A stretch of DNA of 64,000 bases from Lepidodermella squamata (lineage: Eukaryota; Animalia; Gastrotricha), in contig JBLDXI010000007.1 in assembly GCA_047495785.1 (NCBI GenBank), positions 1,922,001 through 1,986,000 on the forward strand, given 5' to 3'. A model generated the notes under the pieces. That model saw only the letters and a list, made by a program, of their open reading frames with translations. It had not been told where the DNA came from and searched no databases. The translations under genes and the position numbers were made by a program. The number at the start of each line of letters is the position of its first letter. Position 1 is the first letter of the stretch. Shown piece by piece: positions 38,376-52,800 of this stretch.

Positions 38376-38452
38376 TATATTAAGTATAAACGTAATATTT
38401 GAATCAATAAAATGCGATTGATTTGACTGCACTGTCTTTTTCACCTAGAGTT

Positions 38453-39788
38453 ATGAACTCGAGAATTATTGAGGCAATACCTCGAATCTCAAGTCCAATA
38501 AGCTATGCTGAGTTTGCAGAACACTACCTAATACCAAACCAGCCTTGTTTGTTCGAAGAATGGATCACTAGATCATGGAATGGGCGGATACATTTCTCAG
38601 CAGAAAATGGGGCTGTGGATATAGAGAATTTCAGAAAAACATACGGCCATCTTAAAAATGTTTCAGTCACCGATTGTACGGCTTCGAATGTTAGTTACGG
38701 ATCAGAAGGCTCCCGCTTGATGGGTTTCAGTGAATTCCTAGACCAATGGCAAGCCGGGAAATGTTTTTACATGAAAGATTTTCATTTTCAAAGGTAAATA
38801 TCGAGATTTCAAGTAAATTTACGATCATTAGTAATTTTAACAGAGACTGTACAGAATTCAAGCCATATGAAGTTCCGATATACTTTCAATCTGATTGGAT
38901 GAATGAATATTGGGACGAAAAATCTTCCGGCTCAGATGATTTCCGGTTCATTTACGCTGGTCCGGCTGGAACCTGGACGCCTTTACACACGGATGTCATA
39001 AAATCTTATTCTGTAAGCTGTGATAAGCGATTCTCTGGATAACTATTTATTATGATATTTCTGAAGTGGTCGGCCAATCTAGTCGGAGTCAAACGTTGGC
39101 TCCTTTTCGTACCTGGAGAAATCGAGAAAGTAGAGCCAATAGTTCGGGGAAAACATGAGCCTAACATGGATAAACTAGCTGAAATAGCTCTGCGGGTTGG
39201 AGCTCGCTTTTTCGATTTGATTCAGAATCCGGGTGAAATTCTTTTCGTTCCAAGCGAATGGGGCCATCAAGTCAGAAATGAGGTAGAACCTATTATATCT
39301 TTCATTTTTCAGACTTAATTTTCCTTCATTAGACTGACGTTATTTCACTCAATCATAACTGGCTGAATGCGTTCAATTTGTCTCATTGTTTCAAAAGTCT
39401 GGTAAGTGAGTGGGGAGCAACTGAGGCAGAACTGGCCGGATTCGGCTTGTCAGGAGAAGACATGGCAGACAAGATCGAACGCATCGTCGAATCGTCGGCT
39501 GGCTGCGGAATGACAACGTTCATCGATCTCATTTGCACGATAGGAAACAAACGCCTAAGCTCTATTGGCCTATCAAATCCTGATAAAACTAAAATTTTGG
39601 AAATCCTGAAGAGAGACCCACAAATCGGTCCTGGAACATCTGGCCAATCGCTGATAGACCTAATAAGCCTGAAATCTCTCATCGAAAATCATATCAGCTC
39701 ATTCCAAAGTTTAGCTGGTTTAGATAATGGAAACGTCCTTTCACAAGCGAATGATTTGTTGGCGAAAATCAATATCAAATTGAAATAA
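38453..39788 (+). CDS. JMJD4: JmjC 2-oxoglutarate oxygenase JMJD4; exons 38453-38793, 38844-39012, 39067-39282, 39333-39788
   Basis: YLIPNQPC, YMKDFHF, YFQSDWMNEYW, DFRFIYAGPAGTWTPLHTDV..SYSWSANL.G.K.W, FVPS.WGHQV.N, SLNHNWLN. Confidence 0.93.
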
Positions 39789-40632
39789 AAAAAACGTAAT
39801 TTCTACACACTTCACGTTTATTATCGTTTTACAATCTTGCGTACAATAAACAGCCATATAAGATTACAATAGGAGCAAGTAATTATTGGTTCATGATAAC
39901 GTTTTCACATTGATTTCACGACTGTTGTACACGCTTGTTGTACGAGAGCAAGAATTAGAAGTTGCCACCAAAAACTGAAGAGAGCATTACATCACTGTCC
40001 CGCCGTGTGATTATATTACTATGATTACCATCATATTTTAAAGCATAATATAATTTCTATTTTTTCTCAAATGAATGCCGAACAACAACACCCAAATAAA
40101 TGCACACTCTTGAATTGAGAAATACGTATATCATATATATTTTCTCTAAATAGCGTCAATTTTTCATCATATAGTTCAAATCTGGTTGAACATTTGCACA
40201 ATTAGACCCAGGTATAAATTCACGATTCTCTCAACGCACAATAGAATTTTATAATTGTAAATTTCTCTGGATTTAGATTCACTCTATAGCAATATGATTT
40301 CTAGCCAAATCTGACTTCTCGGTGCGAATTCATGATAAAAACACGGTAGGTTACATTTATGAAACACCAACAACAAAAAATGTTACATAATTTTGATAAT
40401 ACACAATATATATGTTCATATTCATTCGCACGGCGTGATTGATTATTTCATCATGATATTCCCGCGTAAAAGTGGCAGTTCAACAGAAAAAAAGATAACG
40501 GCCGAACGAGACAATTTTTTTCGTTTTTTTACGCAAATAGAATGGAGAAGTACAAATAAGAATGTTATTATTATTTATCAGTTGTCTTCGATTATATTCA
40601 AGTTACTGTTGAAAACGCGCGGCAGTGCGAAC

Positions 40633-42551
<1,919 letters not shown>

Positions 42552-42917
42552 GTTTTCAACAGTAAAACCCCTAAGAAAAATTCAAATTATACCTTCATTA
42601 TTGAACATTAACGCCAAATATCGGTATTAAAATAAAAGATATCATGCGGCAGGCAAATAAATTCCCATCACCTTTAACAATAAACTTGAGACTGAAAAAT
42701 TATTATAGCTCACAGGTCGACAACACCTTGAATTAGTGACTATTTTCATGTTACATAGTGTCATGGATCGACTACAAAGTTTTTAAAGCAGATCTTCGGT
42801 ATTACAAAAACCAGAATTTCACAGAGGAAAAGACATCTTAGAGATAATTGCGAGACTTTTTCAGAAATAATAATAATAGCAAATTGCGCATGATCCCGAG
42901 AAAATAATCGTTAGTCT

Positions 42918-44322
42918 TTAAGGTTGCACATCGATGAGCTTGTCGTCGTCTTCGCGGCGGCTTTGACTTTTTGAGGCTGAACTGGAAGCTGAAGATAGCG
43001 GAGCGTCATCGTCGACACCGTCGTTTATGCGCTCGTTATAGCCATAATTGAAAGTCTGTTGGCTGAGTGAGACCTCAATTGGGAAAACCTGGGTCTGTTC
43101 CATTGACTGGTAGCACTTTACTGAATAAGCATGCATCGACTTGACAAAGGTTTGCAGACGCAAAACGACGTCTTGCACGTGCTTCTGGTCCAAGAGCTCT
43201 AATTTGACTAACACATCGCTCCTCATTTTAGCAAACCGAGCCCTAGCGTCTTGACGACACCGAAGAACTAAGCGGTATTCATAATTTCCAGTTTCGACTC
43301 GGTACAGCGGTTCCTGAAGGGCTGCATAACTGTATTCCTCGTCGTCCATCTCTTTCACTTTCAGACAATATGAAAGATATTCAAACTTAGCATCGAGATA
43401 CTTCTTCACAGTAAGGCGTGTGTCAGGAACGGCTTGAAACAGGAATGTTTTGAGATCTTGCAGTAGTGGTCGCATGTCCTTGAAAAGCTCCAGGCCGTGC
43501 TTCTCCAAATTGCGATGACTCTCGCCGAATCGAGTGAACGCCTCACAAGCACTCGGATGAGGGTCTCTGCAGCCGATTTCGGTGAAAACATCCCCCATAG
43601 CACGATGCACTTTTGATACATGATGCATTTGTTTCAGGAGGGCATTGCAGTGGAAGACAAGACCGCTTTAGAGTAAATATCCGATTACATAAACTAGATC
43701 ATTGCTACTAGAAATTACTAACCGGTAGGTCAGAGCTGTCTTTTCGAGCTCCTCAAGTTTTTTCACCATACTGTCGTTACACAGAATAGCTCGGCTTAGA
43801 CCTAGGGTATCCGCTGTGCTGGCGCTCATGTTTTCAACGACCAAATGCTTCACTTTCTTCAAAATGATATCCAGGCTTTTGCCCTGTTTTGGATCAGCGT
43901 GAAGCTTGTTGAAGTTAATAGTTACTTTGCCCTAAAAAGGAAATTTCAGTCCAATATCTAGATTTTTGGCAAAGTACTTACCTTGATCGACTGAATAAGT
44001 CGGGCTACTTCGACTTTGGTTTTCCCCTTAACTGATTGTGCGTTGACAGAAACAATTTCATCACCAGCAGCCAAGGTAGCATCCTTTGCAGCAGGAGTGT
44101 TGTCGAAAATTTGAACAATATAAATGCAAGGGCAATAAGGAGCACCACCTCCGATGCTAATTCCAATCAGGTTTTGGTTGTCTTTCTCCAAACAGATTGA
44201 GCCTGATGTCACTGTCATGCCCCTGTGAGAAAAATTATAAGTTTAAAGATTTAAATTCATGTAAAACGGATCTCTTACATTTTATCCTCTTCATAATAAT
44301 ACGGATAGTCGTAGTCACTCAT
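42918..44322 (-). CDS. PICK1: PRKCA-binding protein PICK1 (PDZ + BAR), 4 exons
   Basis: YEEDKM|GMTV, NLIGISIGGGAPYCPCIYIVQIFDNTPAA, MSASTADTLGLSRAILCND, KYLDAKFEYLSYCLKVKEMDDEE. Confidence 0.96.
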
Positions 44323-44988
44323 GGTGGTAAGCAATGAACAAAAGCCTATCAGAAAAAACAGTATTTTTGGATAAAATACACAGTTTTGAAGTTTAGAATC
44401 AAGTCAAAGGCTAGCGTGAAACATGAAAATTTTTAATTTAGGGAAATACAAGAGACGCAGTGCGTTGAAAAGCATTTACCTTTACCACGTGTAATTTGAA
44501 GGAGAAACAATAAAGTTCAAGTTGAATCTAAGAATCCGACAATTTCGATCGACAAAACATAATATATGATTGGGGAAAACAGGAGTCTTGTACTTGGCAT
44601 TTATTTTATTGCCATTTCACTTCACATCTCACATCGCAGCTGGTCCAATCTACCGCGAAAAAACGCAGCGACGGTAACATCCGCGAACCATCAAGAGCGC
44701 GAGGCGAAAGAGGACGCGTTTTGCGGTAAAAAGCTCCAACATTCTTCTAACCCCGCATCGGTAAAAACTATCTTCATTCTCAAGGCCACAAAATAATAAT
44801 GATCAGTGTGAATGATGCATGACATTTTCTATATTTTTGTGAGAAGCGACGAAATAATTACAAAATCTCTTTAAAATCTCTTTCGTTGTTTTTGAATCGA
44901 ACCGCGAACCCCCATTTTGCGGGGTTTTGCGCTGATGTGTAACTTTTTTCGCTGTGGAGCAGTCAAGCAGTCTTAAAGGCTTCCAACG

Positions 44989-46449
44989 ATGTTGTGTTGC
45001 ATCTGGATGTTTTTTCCTCCATTTGCATTGATTGCAATAGTGGGCTGCCTGTTGGCGTTCTGGTTAAGGCGTCGCTTTTTATGCAAATGCTGCAAATCCA
45101 AGTTTTCGCTGGCATTCTTGCACCCTGCGTGTGCTGGTGGCGGTGGAGGAGAGGGGGTTTTATGGACCGCTATCGTGGCAATTCAAGAATCTCCAGAAAT
45201 GTATTCTCGAATAGATGAGATTGTTATTTACAGCGACGCCAAGACGCCTATCGATTCCGCGCGTGACCTGACAGACAAAATCTATGACCAGTTCGGGTTG
45301 AAAGTCAAATCACATAAACTTAAAATTGTCCCGCTCCGCCTGGCAAACTTGGCTCTTCGTCCAGAATCAATTCCATTCCTAACATTAGCTTTCCAAGCGG
45401 TATTTTCTGCGCTAATGGCTATTGAAGCTCTATGGAAGCATCAACCAAATATTATTTTGGACACAACTGGACTTACATTTGCGCTGCCCGTATTTCATTG
45501 GCTTCTTGGCAGTTATTGCAGAATTGGAGCATACGTGCATTACCCATGGATTAGCACCAACATGATCTCTTTGGTGGCTGGTGGAAAGGTTAATTTCAAC
45601 AATCGTCCCATCTTCGCTAGATCTGCTGTTCTTACGAGAGGGAAAATTTATTATTACAAATTACTTGCTTCAGCCTATGCTTACGCTGGCGGTTGCGCGG
45701 AAGTTGCGATGGTGAACTCATTATGGACTCGTGATCACGTTTCTGAGATTTGGAAATCTTTCCCATCTTATAATCTGCATGTTGTGTATCCTCCAGTAAA
45801 CGTCAAACCAATCGTTTCATCTCCCACGAAACGCTCAAAGGACAAATTGACTGCTGTCTTCATCGCGCAATTTCGACCAGAAAAGAATCATCCCTTCTTA
45901 GTTGAATCTTTCGCTGAATTTTTGGACGGATTGTCTAAAAGCGATCCTCCCAGGCAGCGTTTTCTGTTGAAGTTGATAGGCGGCTGCCGATCAGCTGATG
46001 ACCGAGAGCGACTGGATCGTCTAAAGCAGCTCGCTGTTGACAAGGGCATTGGCGAGAACGTGCAATTCTGTGTTGGCATTCCGCATTCTGAGCTAGTCCA
46101 AGCCCTGTCGTCAGCCAATATCGCAATTCATCCAATGATTGACGAACATTTTGGTATCGCTGTTGTTGAAGCAATGGCCGCTGGTCTCGTCGTCGTCGCT
46201 CACAAGTCTGGTGGACCAGCTCGCGACATTCTTCTACCTCCAGAGGATGAACCTAATCAAGAAACTGGTATTTTGGTGCCGAATATGGACAAAAAAGAAT
46301 TCGCTGGTGCTCTAAGGCGAGCGTTTATTGAAATGAGCGATGAAGATCGAAAAACTATGGGAGCAGCTGCTCGTCGTGTTGCGCAACAAAAGTTCAGTGC
46401 AGAACGATTTAGCGAAGCGTTTCTTGCCGCAATTCAGCATCTATTCTAG
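44989..46449 (+). CDS. ALG11: Alpha-1,2-mannosyltransferase ALG11, intronless
   Basis: AFLHP.C..GGGGE.VLW, YVHYP.IST.M, AQFRPEKNH, EHFGIAVVEAMAAG, AHKSGGP. Confidence 0.95.
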   Translation: MLCCIWMFFPPFALIAIVGCLLAFWLRRRFLCKCCKSKFSLAFLHPACAGGGGGEGVLWTAIVAIQESPEMYSRIDEIVIYSDAKTPIDSARDLTDKIYDQFGLKVKSHKLKIVPLRLANLALRPESIPFLTLAFQAVFSALMAIEALWKHQPNIILDTTGLTFALPVFHWLLGSYCRIGAYVHYPWISTNMISLVAGGKVNFNNRPIFARSAVLTRGKIYYYKLLASAYAYAGGCAEVAMVNSLWTRDHVSEIWKSFPSYNLHVVYPPVNVKPIVSSPTKRSKDKLTAVFIAQFRPEKNHPFLVESFAEFLDGLSKSDPPRQRFLLKLIGGCRSADDRERLDRLKQLAVDKGIGENVQFCVGIPHSELVQALSSANIAIHPMIDEHFGIAVVEAMAAGLVVVAHKSGGPARDILLPPEDEPNQETGILVPNMDKKEFAGALRRAFIEMSDEDRKTMGAAARRVAQQKFSAERFSEAFLAAIQHLF

Positions 46450-46703
46450 CTTCCAGCTAGCTTTTTCTGCTTATTTGACATACATATATTTATGTGCCTC
46501 TCGACTGTGTTATTACGAAAATCTTCTAACAAAATGAATTCCGTGGCTGTAATATTTCTCTTTTATTGTTAAAATTCACACGGTTACGGTAATAAAATGC
46601 GGAATATATATAATCTGATTGTTATTTTGATTTACAAAAAACTATTTCCGAGGTAGACAAGTTTGACGTAACAACCGGATTGCGATGACGTGTTACCAAT
46701 AAA

Positions 46704-47483
46704 TCAGCGCAAAGAAATCAGGATCGCCAGTGAAAGCAGAATTTGCAGCGCCATAGTTGTCGCCTTGTCATACGGCGAAGAGTCCTGAAGAGGTGTGAAG
46801 GCGGCGTTTCTGTTGCACTTATCATACCAACAGCATTCACTAGAAACATGAAACATGTCAAGAGACATCAATCATCAAATTTAAATCAACTTACACGCAT
46901 GACCAGGTCGAACCAGTTGAATCACATGGGTGCAACTTTTCAGCGACATTTTTCTGATCCCAACATGACGCATTTCGTGTACAGGATTTTGTTATTGTCA
47001 TCATCTCACTGATGTCTGAAAAAATGATTAAAACGTAAAATATCTGTGGCCAAGTTATCGAGCCTATCTATAATATCCAGAATTATTGGCATGGAATAGA
47101 TCAATTTAATTCAAAATTTATTGAAATCACAGCTGTATGGCGAAGAAAATAGGTACCAAATCATTAAAAAATGAGTCCTTATTCCTCATCTTCCAGCCAA
47201 AAAGAATGCGAGACTCTTAGTTTGCAAGAATCCCAATTTTTGAAAACAAATCTAAATTAGGTACTAAATTACCTGAGAAATGAGTTATCGTCTGGCAAGT
47301 ATCGAATCCATCTTCGCAGTCCTGTATTACGGTTTCGCTGTTGCAGAGTGTGTTTGAGATTTGATTTTCACAAACGTAGCAGAGTATATTATGAGCCGCG
47401 AGTGGATAGGTAGCTGTAAAAGCGATATAATTAGCAAAACATATGGCGATGCTTATCAGCCATCTATGCACTCGGCATGTCAT
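46704..47483 (-). CDS. Ly6/uPAR three-finger protein, probably GPI-anchored; exons 47483-47273, 47015-46895, 46839-46704
   Basis: Signal peptide, LCYVC..C..C..C..ITKSC..C..C..CVECCWYDKCN (10 Cys), hydrophobic C-terminus. Confidence 0.87.
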
Positions 47484-49825
47484 TTTAGACCATCCACTGA
47501 TCGAAAAAGCGAATAAAAAAGATTCCACGAACTTGTGAATAGCAGCTGGTATGCTATGATGTTGCCAATAATGAAACGCGCTGGTCGGGTGGCTCTGAAT
47601 GCCCCAAGAGGGGGCGCTAAATTGTTCGTTGTTCGACTTCCGATAGCCTTGTAGTTGTGTAGTACGCCGACTTTATTCATATTATCGGCCGTTTATTGCT
47701 CTTCTTTTCTAGAAGGCGGAAGTTCAGCCATTTTTCACAAAAGAAAGACAATAAGGCTACTCGTGTGACTAAAGTTTTGCCTTTATACTGCAAATTAGAG
47801 ATTAGGGCCGTGTTTGTGTTATCGGCAGCGCGTGACACGGCCTCCGGAGCTATGTGCAAAGAGGCGCGAAAGTGAATAAATCGAATCGATTTTTTTGTTC
47901 ATTCACTGGTATATGCGGCTACTTTCTAAATAATACCGCTCAACTAGCCGTCAGAATCCGGAAATCGCCCCTCGGGATTCAACAAAGCGTAAAACAAAAG
48001 GAACCGATTCAAGTGATGTGTCAGCTGCTTTTATTACTCTATTATCATCATCAATATTTATCTCTCGAAATAATAATTGTCAATATAGTCTATATAATTG
48101 ATATTTAGCAAGTAAACATAATGTATATTTCGGAGACGAAGAAGCAGCGCGAAAATTGAAACGTTATAATGAAATTATTCCAAGACGATTTTTCTCAACA
48201 TTGAATGTCACCCATCGGTCGGGTAACTCAGACTCAGATTCAACGTTTTTTGTACACAATCAGATTCATCACCCTCCATCGTAATTAGACATTTGCTTGA
48301 TGATATTTACACACGAAAAGAATAGGAGCACGATATTAGCGCGCGTTGTTTGTCAATCGAATAATATCTCGGCATAAAATCGCGCTTGTGACAATTTTGA
48401 TTTCGTTAGGTGTATCAGTGACTAGAGCGCGCGTTCGTAAAAAATTGTACAACAATTATCGTTATTATGCACTCAGTATATATATTTACAAATTTCAATC
48501 GCAACGAGAGAAAGAGAAAACGGAAATTTGTGGCAAGTTAGATGTTCTGAACGAGAAGAGGAGAACGGAGAGATGATCAGTTTTTTTTGGCAATTTTTCG
48601 CGAAATTGCGAGGTTGTTATTTTACGTAGGTCATTTGCACCTCATTCATTCATTCCGTATGATTTATTTTTTTGTGAAAAAGTCATTCATTCAATCAGGC
48701 TTTTGTTTACGCGTCTTCTTTGGCGCTGCTGGCAAGAATCGTGCAAGTTGGAAGTTGGCGAATTTTCACGGTCCTATAACATGCGCTTAGGTTTTCGAAG
48801 TATAGCCTTAGTAAGAAGAAAGAGCTATCCGATAAGACACGTTGCGGCTAGAACACAGACGGTTGTTCAAAACAGTCAAAAAGAGACGAAGGTTCAAAAA
48901 GTAGTAACATTCAAAAGACAAGAAGAAGTCGGCATATCACACCCAGCGCGTCAAAAGTTAAGAAGCGTACATCAATAATCATGCTCGTGCTGTTAGTTCA
49001 TACGGTATAAGACGTGAGTAGTTGTAGTACGGTAGTAGGTATAATGTTACACAGTAAGAATAGTATCGATATAACAATAAATGCGGATATATAACGATAG
49101 GAATAGTAAAGGTAAGATGCGTAATTATCGGCGATTTAACAGTATTTTTTCCAATGGCGAAGGTGCAGAAGGTTAAGGCGTTATTTTACGGTATACAAAT
49201 GTATCAGGACAAGTGGAGCACGCACGGTTCCGATAGTAAAACAACAACAACATCGGCAACAAAGAATCTCTAAAACAACAACAAGAACAACAGAGGCGAA
49301 AACGGGGACAACTGGCAAACAGGCGAAACAAAAAACACAAACAAGCCGCAACGTTTAAAAAAAACGATCAGGTCATTACTCCTTCTTTCAACTGGGCACA
49401 GAAGAATGCACAATGCGCTTGTGTTCCGAGGTTAAAAAACTACTGTTCTTTGTAATAATAACGGCCGTAAATTTTGTACATCTCGTACATAGGAAGCACG
49501 GTTCTGATCCACCACGTTTTCTCTCAAGGCATCGTCGATGTACAAAAACTGCCCCGACTCGATGAAGAACGTTAGCAACGTTAGCTAGGTATCAGAAGAC
49601 ACGAATAGAGAAAATTATAGGCTGTACAGTTTGTCATCGTCAGTAAAGCACAAAATGGCTGTTTAGTAGATAACATCATCATAGAAACATTAGAAGATAT
49701 GCGATTTTTCATCAATTTTTCTAGTACAAGAACAAGAGAAAGTCTTTCCGAAAAAATGAAGATTCAAACTGGCACCAATTGTATCATTTTCGACGACCAT
49801 GTTACTTGTTCGAAAGCACGTCCGC

Positions 49826-52800
49826 TCAATAAGGCGAGAATCGTTGGGCCGAGGCGCGATACGCCGAATTTTGCTGGAAATAATTCAAAAAATTAGACGA
49901 ATGAAAAATTGACAATTTAGCAGATGACTCACCCCCAAGCCGAGAAGAGGTCCAACATGGCTGATGTACTGCTCGGCGGTCGCGTTACCAGACGCAAGAG
50001 CCGAACCGGGCGCAGTAAGAAAGGCCAAAGTCTGAGCAGCTTGTTGCTGTTGAACGGCCTGGGCCTGAGCTTGAGCCTGGGCCGTCGCCTGTTGTTGCTG
50101 AACACCGGCTTGCTGCCCCGGCTGTCCGGCGGCTTGGAAGGCACTGAGCGGTAGCGTAGCAAAGCGGATCGCCTGTTGTTGCGGCGTGGCGGCCGGCTGC
50201 GGGGCCAACGCGAGGGCTTGTTGCTGCTGGTTGCCGACGGCGGCCAGCAACTGGTTCAGCTGATCGGCAGTCGCGTAGATCGTGTACGGCGCACCGGCTT
50301 GTTGCCCAGCGGCATTCGAGGCGGCCGCAGCCAACGACTGATTAGCTGAAAAATTGTAGTCTATCAATACGAGGGTGTTCGGAAACAAATAATTCAGTCT
50401 TACATTGATCGATGAGACTGAAGATGTTTTGACCTCCACCGAAACCGGTTGGAAGGAGGGCGGCTTGGCGCACGAAAGTTCCGGCCGGGGTCTGGGCCAG
50501 GGTCAGCCCGGCAGTCGACGGCGACCCGAGACTGATCTGCGGGTTGATCGAAGCTGCGGCGTAGGCAGCAGCGGCTGCGACTGCGCTATTGCTAGCGCGA
50601 ATCGGCTGACCAGCGGCACGTAGAACTGCAGCTCGTCGAAGGGCAGCTATTAATCGAAAAAAAATTTAGTACCGAAAATTTCTCAATTGCTATCAGTCTT
50701 CTTTCAAGTTTTGTTCTTTCGTTTTGCAACCCTCCTTAAAAATCTAAGTTGAACCACACTATCACGGCAAACGCTTCTACTACAAAATAAATCCCAGTTT
50801 TTTTTGCTTCATCAACAGGGGGAGCCAGTGTTCATATTGTGATCCGGTGCGATAGAACGACATGCCCAGGTCTAATCATCTAAATGACCACCATGCACCC
50901 TCATGCCTTAAATCCAGAAAAATATTTAGCGGTGAAACATGCATTTTTCAGAGAAATATATATAGTTACTGGGGGCTACTACCATCATAACACAATTTCC
51001 AAGAAAATGGGTTGCAATGCAAAACAACGTTACAAAACTCGAAAGCATAGATAGCAGAAAAAATGAAAGAAAAATAAAGAGAGAGCAAAGAACTCTCACC
51101 GTTAACAGCGGCTAATGCATTCGTGCTGGTGTCTTTCTTCTTTGTCATCACACGTGCCGTAGCGTTATTAACCTATCATGTACAATATTTTCAATAACAG
51201 CAATAGTTGACAGGTGGGAAAAAGCAGATAATTATAATTAAAAATATCAAAATATGTTCGAACACAGAAAGGAATTTCCGCAAATTTCCAGGTAATTCTT
51301 GAACAAATGAATAATAAATTTTCACAAAAAAATAGCAGGTTATTAAACGGTGTTCGATTGGACCGATGAATCAAACATTAACATTCCATTATACACTAAA
51401 ATTTTGCAAAGAAAGGCTTCGGTCGTCATTCAATACTACAAAATTACATAAGGTTGTTAACTTTTTTGTATTAAATTATTTCAAGATAACACATCGCATT
51501 CTCTGTGGGAGGTTAAAATATATATAATTTAACTTCGATCAGCCCAATATTAAAACTGGGAGCGGGGTTTGTTCGAACAAAATATTTCACGGAAGCTACG
51601 AAGAAACCGCACCGCCACCACCAAAGCATCAAGGCACCCTTAGAAATCGTTTCGACTGTTAACTTTTTTTAGCAAGATAGCCGACTACTATTAAGCCAAG
51701 TCGTCATTGTTATAACGCATTCAGGTGTGTGCACTTTTCTTATCATGATTGAAATTTCGACACTTAAAATAGCGTGAAACAACTTGCATTCATTGATTTT
51801 TTTTGGCACTTTAAAAAATAGCGATGCAGGCATTTTTGTTTACGATAATATAAATACAGGAAGGTCAACTTGAGCTTCAGCAACTACGGCATCCAAGAGG
51901 CCCTTCCCATCAGAAGCATTCTTTCTGCATTTTATGAAAAACCATGCCTGTTACCAAGCAAGTAACAGTGTAACAAATTTACAATATATTATGAGTGTTG
52001 GCATGTTCACAAAGAGCATGATGATAGATTTTAAGGTGAACAACGTCAAAACTTGAACGTTCGGAGTAAATTTTAGTAAGAAAACTGACATGCTAAATAA
52101 AATATGCTGCCATGTTGCACAGGCTTTCACCTCCTTAATTAATAGTTCACAGAAGAGATAGAACATTGCCGCCCCCGTGTAATTTGATTTGTACAAAAAA
52201 CAAAAGTAAAGAGCTTGCGAAAAAATGCCAAAAACCGAACACGAAAAAAATCACCTCAAGGAGCATGGCTAGTTGATGTAGTTTATATCTCGCAAGTCTT
52301 GCAAAAGCTAATTTCCAAGGCGAAGCCTCGAAAGGGATTCCGGTTTATGGAACATTATTTAATATGTTCACGATTTAGAAGTAACAAGCAATGTTACGTT
52401 GTGATAATAGGAGGATATATATCAAATATATTTACGTTCCATGTCAAAATTTTCAACAAACCTCCTTAATTTCTCTCTTCAAGAAACGACTTCCTTTTCA
52501 GCACAAGACATACAGAAAGTCAATTAAAGGTACGTTTCAACTAATAGTTCGATAATATAGAGGGGTAATAAATTTCAGCGCTAATAGCTATATAGTTTTA
52601 GCCAGGTAATATAGCTAAACATAACAGAATTAGAGCATTAAATTTTACGTAATAATAGGTAGTAATGATGTAGACATTTAAAATAATTGGGGCAAGACGC
52701 GAGTAAGGGCGAATGAGACAAGCAAGCATACCTCGATTTTGCGGCCCTCGATAGTCGATCCGTTGAGCTTCGATCGGGCCATCTCGGCGTCAGTGGCATT

